From: a virus
Lineage: Duplodnaviria; Caudoviricetes
Virus record (IMG/VR): IMGVR_UViG_3300037346_000608
Coordinates: 1 to 63,128 of that record
DNA: 63,128 nt
Direction: 5' to 3' (one strand)
Shown here: positions 47,806 through 55,175 of the stretch, one piece after another
Position numbering within the stretch: the first letter of the stretch is position 1
Layout: each line of letters starts with the position of its first letter
Notes under the pieces: generated by a model
Told to the model about the DNA's origin: nothing
Seen by the model: the letters and a program-made list of their open reading frames with translations, nothing else
Databases searched by the model: none
Position numbers and translations under genes: made by a program

Positions 47806-49679
47806 TAAAATAAAGATTTTTTGTTATTATTTACTTCTACAGATTCACCTAATATCTTTCTTTTACGAGGTGTAGAGTCACCAGAAAACCATATTTCTAA
47901 TGTACTATTAAATCCATTATCCTTAGTAAGAATATATGATCGTGGGCTTCTAATGATCTCTTTATACTCATCGTCTTCCAATGCAGCTAATCCTTTCTTA
48001 TATTCAATATTCCATGAAGATAATGATTTTTGTTTACTCTCCCATACTTTATAGTCTTCATCAGAATAAAAACTTAAGGTTTCCTTTCCTTTTTTCGCAA
48101 CCATTAAAGGTGTTTCAATTTTTAGCATCTTACCATCTTCAAATAGTTCTGGCCAATATTTACCAAAGAAATTAATTAGAAGTGCAGATATTGAATTACC
48201 ATCGACATCGGCATCAGTATAAAATAGGATCTTACCATATCTTATGTCCTTTGGTTCATGACCAATCTTAAGACCGATTGCAGCCATCAGAGACTGTACT
48301 TCTTTGTTTTGTACAACCTTTGAATCAGGTATTTCTCTTACATTAATAAATTTACCACGAAGTGGGAATGCACCTTGTGTTTGCGGTTCACGATAACGTC
48401 TAAATGCAGAAGAGGCTGAATCACCTTCAAATATAGCAAGAGTACAGTTTTTCCTATCACCGCTTTTCTTTGCATCGATAAGTTTAAGAACTTTAGATTT
48501 ATCAAGATTATTATTAAGCTTTCTAAGCTTTGCTCTTTCGTCTGCTGCATTTTTTCTCTCTATCCAATCTAAAACAGATTGTATAATTTCTGATGTAAAT
48601 ATTTGTTTTAGTATCTTATCTGATAATTCATGTATACTACCATAATCTTTAGGCTCAGTAATAAGTTTTTCTTTAGTTTGTGATGAGAATGCTGGATTAA
48701 TTACCGTACAATCAATAAACAGAAAAATATGTTGTTTGAGTTCTGCAGGTTTTACATCAACTCTATATTTCTTTTTAATCTTTTCACGAAGATCTTGGAT
48801 GATTTGATGTGTTATATTATTAACATGAGTACCGCCATCTTTTGTCTCAACAGAATTAACAAACGAAATTGCTTTAAATCCTACAGTAGAGTGACCTATA
48901 CCAATTTTCCAATTTGGGGATTGTTCGTAAAATACATAATCGGTATATAGTTCTGCGTATTCTTTAAATGAACCAAATGATATTTGGGTTTCATTAAAAA
49001 AGATCTTAAGTGAATGATTACATGCAGCTATATCGTATAGTCTTTTCTGTATCATCCTAATTGATGCATCATCAATTCCTGTCATACCAAATCTTTGATA
49101 ATCAGGAATATATGATATTTCAGTAAAGCCTTTCTTTATAGGTTTAATAATAGGATCGGTACGCTTTGACATATTATCAGTAAATACTTGTGTAAAGTGT
49201 TTTTTACCATCACAAGTTTCAATCCTAAACTCTTTACTAAATATATTGGTAAGTGTACTACCAACACCATTGGTACCTACTACGACGCGATCCTCAGTAT
49301 CATCAAAATTACTTCCAGTTTTTAAATTACTAAAGATCATCTCTGGAACCCATTCATTGTAATCTTTATGAATTTCTACTGGAATTCCACCATTATCCCA
49401 AATTGATATTCTACCAGAAGGTTTATCGATTGTTATTTTAATATGGTTAAGCTTAGTATTTCTTTTATGTTCATCTACTGAGTTTGAAACAATCTCATCA
49501 AACATTTTTATTAGTCCAGGATTATAAGTAATCTCGGTTGGTTCAAATTTTTTGTTATCATTAAGTAAATAAACTGACTCTGTGTGAGGTTTAATAGAAC
49601 CAATATACATACCAGGTCTTAAAAGAACATGCTCGGTGTCGGTGAGCCTTTGATATCTTTTCTCTATACTTACTGCCAT
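47805..49679 (-). CDS. topoisomerase II ATPase/TOPRIM subunit (GyrB, gp39+60-like)
   Basis: RPGMYIGS, EIVSNSVD, GTNGVG, EGDSA, PLRGK, DADVDG, KGL. Confidence 0.95.
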   Translation of the reverse strand: MAVSIEKRYQRLTDTEHVLLRPGMYIGSIKPHTESVYLLNDNKKFEPTEITYNPGLIKMFDEIVSNSVDEHKRNTKLNHIKITIDKPSGRISIWDNGGIPVEIHKDYNEWVPEMIFSNLKTGSNFDDTEDRVVVGTNGVGSTLTNIFSKEFRIETCDGKKHFTQVFTDNMSKRTDPIIKPIKKGFTEISYIPDYQRFGMTGIDDASIRMIQKRLYDIAACNHSLKIFFNETQISFGSFKEYAELYTDYVFYEQSPNWKIGIGHSTVGFKAISFVNSVETKDGGTHVNNITHQIIQDLREKIKKKYRVDVKPAELKQHIFLFIDCTVINPAFSSQTKEKLITEPKDYGSIHELSDKILKQIFTSEIIQSVLDWIERKNAADERAKLRKLNNNLDKSKVLKLIDAKKSGDRKNCTLAIFEGDSASSAFRRYREPQTQGAFPLRGKFINVREIPDSKVVQNKEVQSLMAAIGLKIGHEPKDIRYGKILFYTDADVDGNSISALLINFFGKYWPELFEDGKMLKIETPLMVAKKGKETLSFYSDEDYKVWESKQKSLSSWNIEYKKGLAALEDDEYKEIIRSPRSYILTKDNGFNSTLEIWFSGDSTPRKRKILGESVEVNNNKKSLF

Positions 49680-49713
49680 TTTTTATTTTTTATATGTATA
49701 ATCCTACTTTAGT

Positions 49714-49920
49714 TTAATTATGTAATGATTTTAATTTATTTAATTTAATGCATAAATAAGATACATAAATAGAATATATTCTCTTATGTGTTGGATGATT
49801 TTTACAATGTGACCATTTTTTCTCAAAAAGATTAACAAGAGTGTTGATTGCGTCAACATGTTTAGTCTTATTTTTAGAACTATTTATAATAATTCCTAAC
49901 CAAATAAAATCTTCTTTCAT
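49714..49920 (-). CDS. hypothetical protein
   Basis: ORF. Confidence 0.5.
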   Translation of the reverse strand: MKEDFIWLGIIINSSKNKTKHVDAINTLVNLFEKKWSHCKNHPTHKRIYSIYVSYLCIKLNKLKSLHN

Positions 49921-50006
49921 GTATTTTTTAATTATTTATAAAATATAATACAAAGTAAGTATTTCTGAAAGAGTATTACTTATATTGATATGCATTTACA
50001 AAAAGA

Positions 50007-50080
50007 AAACCATCTGACCTGACCTTCCAGATAGTACAAGTCGAGATTAATTTGGCGCCTCGTTTTGTAGCAGATGGTTT
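50007..50080 (-). ncRNA. candidate structured RNA / terminator
   Basis: 10-bp closing stem AAACCATCTG/CAGATGGTTT with inner hairpins, followed by a T-rich tract. Confidence 0.4.
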
Positions 50081-50094
50081 ATGTTAAATATTAA

Positions 50095-50601
50095 TTAGAA
50101 TAATAAAAATGTTTCCCATTCTTTTGGGATGTATTCAACCTGTCTTAGTAACATTAAATAATGTGGACGTTTTGGTTCTGGTATTTGCTTACCATATTCT
50201 TCTAATGTTAAATCTGCCTTTTCCTGATTGCATCGCCTGCACGCAGTTACTAAATTATCCCAGCTATCCCTACCACCTTTTGATTGTGGAACAACGTGAT
50301 CCAAGGTTAGAGTTCGTTGTTTTGAATCGCCGCAATAAACACATTCAAAATTATCTCTTTTATAAATATTTTCACGAGTTAGAGGTACCTTATGTGTATG
50401 CTGTTTAACATAATTAAATACCCTTATAATAGAAGGTTTGTAAATTTCTAAATTTGGGTTTACTAATCCAAATGTTTCAGGGTGTTCAGCAATTACTTCA
50501 GCATTACCTTTATAAGTAATCACAAAGGCTCTTTCTGCTGAGATAATACTTCTTGCAATAAAGCTTGAATCTATTACTAGTGTCTTTTGATACTTACCCA
50601 T
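50095..50601 (-). CDS. HNH endonuclease (McrA-like)
   Basis: RD...CVYCG, TLDHVVPQSKGG..WDNLVTAC..CN..K; likely start MGKY. Confidence 0.88.
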   Translation of the reverse strand: MGKYQKTLVIDSSFIARSIISAERAFVITYKGNAEVIAEHPETFGLVNPNLEIYKPSIIRVFNYVKQHTHKVPLTRENIYKRDNFECVYCGDSKQRTLTLDHVVPQSKGGRDSWDNLVTACRRCNQEKADLTLEEYGKQIPEPKRPHYLMLLRQVEYIPKEWETFLLF

Positions 50602-50797
50602 AATAACTGGTTTTAAATGATTTATACTGTGTTTTTCTGTTGTGCTTCCAAGAACGGTATTGCCTGTATTTAAAAGACCATATACCGGATTTTTTACTCC
50701 AATAGTCTTCAAACCACGCATCCCATTCTGTATACTCTTTTCTCTTTTCTAACTCATACTCTTTATTGGTATAGTTTTTAATTCTCATTTTGCTCAA
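50594..50797 (-). CDS. small basic phage protein (RSWK..RKTQYK family)
   Basis: RSWKHNRKTQYK; hairpin at the 5' end. Confidence 0.55.
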   Translation of the reverse strand: MSKMRIKNYTNKEYELEKRKEYTEWDAWFEDYWSKKSGIWSFKYRQYRSWKHNRKTQYKSFKTSYYG

Positions 50798-50854
50798 ATT
50801 TTAGGTTAATAAACCTAATGAGCGTCAAATTTCTTTTTCATAATTAATAATTTG

Positions 50855-50925
50855 TGGAATATTTAGGGTTCGAACCCATACCTCGCAGTGTCTACTGCTT
50901 GTACACCTACTTGTGCTTTTACCCC
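50855..50925 (-). pseudogene. degenerate tRNA-like element
   Basis: GGGGTA/TATTCC-A, GGGTTCGAACCC; anticodon loop only 4 nt. Confidence 0.45.
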
Positions 50926-50933
50926 TAAGTTAG

Positions 50934-51004
50934 CACAGGCTGTAGGAATCGAACCTACCCATCGAGGTTTTGGAGACCTGACCGACACCTTGCCTGTGAC
51001 CCGT
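50934..51004 (-). tRNA. tRNA-Trp(CCA)
   Basis: AGGT-CTCCAAA-ACCT, GTAGG-TTCGATT-CCTAC. Confidence 0.8.
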
Positions 51005-51078
51005 ATTTTAAAAAATTAAGCAACCAAATAGATGCGTAGTCGACGTACGATTGGTTTAATCATCATTTCTTAATTTTA

Positions 51079-51162
51079 GAACCCCTACCTGGGCTCGAAC
51101 CAGAGAACCTTGAACACTCTGATTAACAGCCAAGATACTCTAACCAACTAAGCTACCGAGTA
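51079..51162 (-). tRNA. tRNA-Asn(GTT), degenerate
   Basis: D arm TAGCTTAGTTGGTTAGAGT, loop CTGTTAA; long variable region and weak acceptor stem. Confidence 0.5.
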
Positions 51163-51247
51163 ATATAAGATAATAAGCAGAGGCTTTGGGTTAGACACGC
51201 CCTAATATTACATAGGAGACCCCCTAGAATGCATAATTATTACCTAG

Positions 51248-51320
51248 CGGCTGGCACGGGCATCGAACCCGCAATCTCTGCAGTGACAGTGCAGCATGTT
51301 ACCAATAACACTTCCCAGCC
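51248..51320 (-). tRNA. tRNA-Asp(GTC)
   Basis: CTGCA-CTGTCAC-TGCAG; full cloverleaf. Confidence 0.88.
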
Positions 51321-51375
51321 AATTTACTCGTCTATTCCGTGTCGTCAAATCTGTCAGAGTCGATTATGCTTCTAG

Positions 51376-51447
51376 TGGAGCTATAGGGAATTGAACCCTA
51401 ATTTATGATTTGCAAAACCATCGTAATAGCCATTATACTATAGCCCC
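51376..51447 (-). tRNA. tRNA-Ala(TGC)
   Basis: GGGGCTA/TAGCTCC with G3:U70; loop TTTGCAA. Confidence 0.88.
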
Positions 51448-51589
51448 AATTGAAATTTAATATATGAGCCCAAACCCTCATACACCACCTAGCTTATAAT
51501 TCTACATTAACTTTGCCCAAAGTACATTATGAGACTTACATTCTAATACATTAATAAGTTTACATTAAATTTCGTAACATTAATGTTAG

Positions 51590-51661
51590 TACTACCGAAG
51601 GGAATCGAACCCTCGTTTCAACAGTGAAAGTGTTGTGTCCTAGCCGTTAGACGACGGTAGC
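51590..51661 (-). tRNA. tRNA-Glu(TTC)
   Basis: CAACA-CTTTCAC-TGTTG. Confidence 0.9.
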
Positions 51662-51667
51662 AAATTA

Positions 51668-51733
51668 ATTAGAGCCGGGATTCAAATCCGTTCTGCAGGT
51701 TAGCCCCGCTACTTTACTATAAGTTAACTCTAA
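51668..51733 (-). pseudogene. short degenerate tRNA-like element
   Basis: TTAGAGT/GCTCTAA acceptor, GCGGG-GCTAA-CCTGC arm, imperfect T arm. Confidence 0.45.
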
Positions 51734-51737
51734 TTTG

Positions 51738-51810
51738 TATCCATGGTGGGAGTCAAACCCACAGCTTACGGTGCTTAAAACCGTTGTGTTTACCATTTCA
51801 CTACAGGGAT
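51738..51810 (-). tRNA. tRNA-Leu(TAA), short variable arm
   Basis: ACGGT-TTTAAGC-ACCGT. Confidence 0.75.
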
Positions 51811-51815
51811 GTTTT

Positions 51816-51929
51816 CAGGATGGGTTTTTGCACGTGCTCTACTTGCTTTTCTTACGATACACAAGACCAGAGTTGAACCGACGACCACGAGGTTAACATC
51901 CTAATTTGTATTTTTGCAGTAGCCATCCT
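51816..51929 (-). ncRNA. YrlA-like Y RNA candidate
   Basis: Terminal stem AGGATGG/CCATCCT, ACTGCAA segment, T-arm-like (GGTTCAAC) placed before D-arm-like (AGCAAGTAGAGC). Confidence 0.55.
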
Positions 51930-51938
51930 TTTTATTAG

Positions 51939-52011
51939 AGGCTATAGTAGGATTCGAACCTACAATCTTTTCGTTCGTAGCGAAAGGCTTTTCCATTTAA
52001 GCTATATAACC
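51939..52011 (-). tRNA. tRNA-Arg(ACG)
   Basis: TTTCG-CTACGAA-CGAAA. Confidence 0.88.
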
Positions 52012-52020
52012 ATTATTTAG

Positions 52021-52094
52021 TGGTCCATACAGGACTCAAACCTGTGACCTTCTCGTTATGAGCGAGCTACTCTAACCAACTGAGTTAAAGGACC
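52021..52094 (-). tRNA. tRNA-CAT (Ile2 or Met)
   Basis: CTCG-CTCATAA-CGAG; GGTCC acceptor, not initiator-like. Confidence 0.8.
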
Positions 52095-52100
52095 GTATTG

Positions 52101-52174
52101 TACCGAGGGAGGGATTCGAACCCTCAATAAACGGTTTCTAAGACCGCCCTGTATACCAGTTCCAGCACCCCGGC
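52101..52174 (-). tRNA. tRNA-Leu(TAG), short variable arm
   Basis: GCGGT-CTTAGAA-ACCGT. Confidence 0.85.
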
Positions 52175-52445
52175 GGAATAACCCTTTTTTACGTCTTCGG
52201 TTTTGCTTTCGCTAGAGTCTACTGTTATTCAACTACATCCTAATTGCACCTATTGGGGTGGTATGACGGGTAGCTTATTTTCTAGTGTTAGCCTTCACAT
52301 TGTCTAGCGCTTCATATGCTCTAGGGGGCGAACCGTTCTAAAACTCCACGTTTAACCCAGACATCTGTCATAGTTTTTTTACTTTTTGCTGTACCTATCC
52401 TTTTTATTATATTATATATTTACCTAAGTAAATAAGTGTTTATAG

Positions 52446-52860
52446 TGGAGATGGAGAGAATCGAACTCTCGTCCAACATATATTCATATTAAGTCGTCTT
52501 ACAGCGTATCCAATTATTTGATATTGGAAAACTTTTTGTATTGAAGTTTTTGGACTGACGTTATTTACATTGGTCAGCGAACCTACCATTAACACCGCTC
52601 CTTGGACTTAATCCGTGGTCTGTTGCCGTAGCTCAGGGTTTGTGATGGTTTCAATAGAGGTACTATAAACCCTTTTTCCCTCATTTACTTCATTTAACAC
52701 CTTACTCATTTACAAGCATACTCAATAAGATGGTGTGCACGGTACCTAACTGTTAGGCAGCTATTGCAAGTTCAGCGTTTCCACTTAACTCTGGTTTGAT
52801 GTAAGTCATCACCTAGCTGGACTTAATACTTCAACTATGCTGTCAAAACCAAGCATCCCC
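52446..52860 (-). ncRNA. ssrA: tmRNA
   Basis: 5' GGGGATGC..GGTTTTGAC, 3' GAGAG-TTCGATT-CTCTC-CATCTCCA (G3:U70); tag ORF GNAELAIAA* at 52753-52782. Confidence 0.92.
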
Positions 52861-52925
52861 AAATTTTCAAAGAACTATTTCTTAATTTATTATTATATAT
52901 CCTAAAATGCATTGGTTTTATGCAT

Positions 52926-53255
52926 TTATGATTTTTTTTCAATATAAGCAACAGGACTTGCCATACCACTATAACTGCACCATTCACTTTGACGCTTACG
53001 TTTTATTATATCCCATTCAGAATGATCATATAGAGTATATGAATATATCCAACCACAATCTTCATCATAGTCTTCAGCCACAGACACAACTAGTTGACTT
53101 CCTAAAATCTGTGATAGTTTAGACTCATCGACTGGTTTCCAATACCCAAACTTTAAATAGTTATGATTATCATTACCTATTATGCGACCAATCTCAAATT
53201 GACCAAATTCTTCTTCAATCTTTTTTAATATTTCAATATGAATCTTCATTATCAT
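52926..53255 (-). CDS. hypothetical protein
   Basis: DYDEDCG; C-terminal WC.YSG..SP.AY. Confidence 0.6.
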   Translation of the reverse strand: MIMKIHIEILKKIEEEFGQFEIGRIIGNDNHNYLKFGYWKPVDESKLSQILGSQLVVSVAEDYDEDCGWIYSYTLYDHSEWDIIKRKRQSEWCSYSGMASPVAYIEKKS

Positions 53256-53718
53256 CGAATTTATGTAAAACTTTTTCTATGTGAGCTTGTCCTTCTGTTG
53301 CCATCTTCATAAAGATTACTTGTTCTTCTGCCGTTAACGCCATTGGGCGATTTCCCGTAAATTCTAAACCAGGGCTTTTTTCATCGTGATCCATATTAGA
53401 CCATGATGCAAGCATATAACATGTTTCTGTATTATGGGTGAAATGGGTAAGTTGAAGTGATGTATAATTCTTTTGTAAGAAGTCTCCACCAAAACTTATT
53501 TCCCATCCATCATTTAGGTATTCTTGTAATTTACCATAATAAGGGTTATCTTCCCATTTTATGATTTCAAAGAAAGAAAAACGCGGAATATCTAAATGAG
53601 ATTGCATTGGACATTTCTTACCTTCTTTGTTAGTGTAATAGTTTGTAACAGAAATTTGACCTTCTCTATGTTGAAAGGGTTTCCATTTGATTTTTTCAAA
53701 ATTTCTTAACTTTCCCAT
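53233..53718 (-). CDS. hypothetical protein
   Basis: ORF in early-type run. Confidence 0.65.
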   Translation of the reverse strand: MGKLRNFEKIKWKPFQHREGQISVTNYYTNKEGKKCPMQSHLDIPRFSFFEIIKWEDNPYYGKLQEYLNDGWEISFGGDFLQKNYTSLQLTHFTHNTETCYMLASWSNMDHDEKSPGLEFTGNRPMALTAEEQVIFMKMATEGQAHIEKVLHKFDDNEDSY

Positions 53719-53721
53719 ATC

Positions 53722-53961
53722 TTATCTTTCTAAAATTACAAATTCACCAAATGCATTATCAAAAACTTGTAATAAATGTTCATAATCACCATCCATCATT
53801 TGATTGATTAGGTCTTGGCATTTACTAGAATTCCAACATAATTGGTGACCAAACCTTTTTGCCATACCTATAAGGGCAAATGCATTTCCAGCAGGTCCTG
53901 TGAGGTCTATAATAATAGGACCTGATTTTTGTTTTTTTTCTCGTATCATAATTACATACAC
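53722..53961 (-). CDS. conserved phage small protein
   Basis: IDLTGPAGNAF.L.G...GDYEHL...FD..FG. Confidence 0.75.
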   Translation of the reverse strand: MYVIMIREKKQKSGPIIIDLTGPAGNAFALIGMAKRFGHQLCWNSSKCQDLINQMMDGDYEHLLQVFDNAFGEFVILER

Positions 53962-54170
53962 ATATAAGATTCAGATTGGCTCCAACGATTGTACCATTCA
54001 GCCTCAGCTTCAGTTACTTCAGATTTGTTGATACCCTTATGATAAATTTTACCGCCAAAAACTGATGCCAAATTTACTTTGTTTTTAGTACAGCGAGATA
54101 TACGATAGAATCCACCTTCAAATTTAACAATTGATCCTGAGTTGAATTCTGATGTTTGATTGTTTTCCAT
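53952..54170 (-). CDS. hypothetical early protein
   Basis: First ORF after promoter. Confidence 0.65.
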   Translation of the reverse strand: MENNQTSEFNSGSIVKFEGGFYRISRCTKNKVNLASVFGGKIYHKGINKSEVTEAEAEWYNRWSQSESYMCM

Positions 54171-54180
54171 ATTTTCCTTT

Positions 54181-54273
54181 GTTTTAATTATAATATAAAT
54201 ATAATCAATTTAATTGGGATAAAAAAATATTTTGTGAACTTTTTTCATAAAATGAGAAAAAAGTTATTAACAA
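54181..54273 (-). promoter_or_regulatory. early-type promoter element (repeat family)
   Basis: Near-identical to 6855-6947. Confidence 0.75.
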
Positions 54274-54290
54274 TCAATAAATGTATGTTT

Positions 54291-55085
54291 TTATAAATGC
54301 ATAGATTTTTCAGCCTTCATTTTATCCATAAGTTTTCTTGCAATGATTTTTGTTTCCTTTGCAAATTCACCTTTATCAATCATCCATTCAATGTAGCGAG
54401 AGTCTGCTTCATATACTTCACGGAAAGGTTTGCCAGCCCATTTACCAAAACTAAATACAATTTCTCGTTTACCGTTGATTTCAGCAAACTTAAACTTACC
54501 ACCTAGATCAACTTGGTTTTGTCTAGATTCATTTACTTCTTTATCAATTTCTTCTGGTGTTTGCGCCATTGTGTATAACTGACGCTGAGCCTGGAATATT
54601 TCCATTGTCGCACGAATATCCGTTCCAGCTCTATGCGCACCAACTAGGGTCTTACCAGTGTACTTAGAATAAGCCGTACTTAAGTCTCTCCGCTCATATT
54701 TTGAGTAGATTAAGAAAGGATCTAGGACAGCACGTTCTCTATAGTTAAAAACAATACCAGCTCTCATAAGCTCTTCAGTTAACATTGGGATATCAAAATA
54801 GAGAGCATTATACCCACCGAGATGACTATCTCCAATAAAGTCTACTACTTCTTTTGCAATAAATTCAAAACGATCTTGATCTTCTAATTGATCTGGTGTT
54901 ATACCATGTTTATCAATGGCTTCTTGGCGCCATTCAATATTTGGACCAGGATTAACGAGACTATAAAAAGAACAAATCTCATTACCTTCAAAATCTGTCT
55001 TTATCATACAGATCTCAATGATCCTGTCTGTTGCTGTGTTAACTCCTGTAGTTTCTAAATCAAACCAAACAATACTCTTATCCAT
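54291..55085 (-). CDS. DnaQ-like (Pol III epsilon) 3'-5' exonuclease
   Basis: FDLETTG, HGI, YN...FD, AHRA..D; C-terminal FGKW.G. Confidence 0.9.
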   Translation of the reverse strand: MDKSIVWFDLETTGVNTATDRIIEICMIKTDFEGNEICSFYSLVNPGPNIEWRQEAIDKHGITPDQLEDQDRFEFIAKEVVDFIGDSHLGGYNALYFDIPMLTEELMRAGIVFNYRERAVLDPFLIYSKYERRDLSTAYSKYTGKTLVGAHRAGTDIRATMEIFQAQRQLYTMAQTPEEIDKEVNESRQNQVDLGGKFKFAEINGKREIVFSFGKWAGKPFREVYEADSRYIEWMIDKGEFAKETKIIARKLMDKMKAEKSMHL

Positions 55086-55175
55086 AATTACTATACTTTT
55101 AGTGGAACAATCCGTTAATATTATATAGTAACCAGATAACTTAGTTTTAGGTTTCTAAGAAAAAAGTAGAAATTA

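Noticed and set aside
52185-52225. c-di-GMP riboswitch resemblance (GCAAAACC...GACGTAAA)
   Set aside because: Required stems and tetraloop-receptor arrangement could not be built, and no downstream CDS
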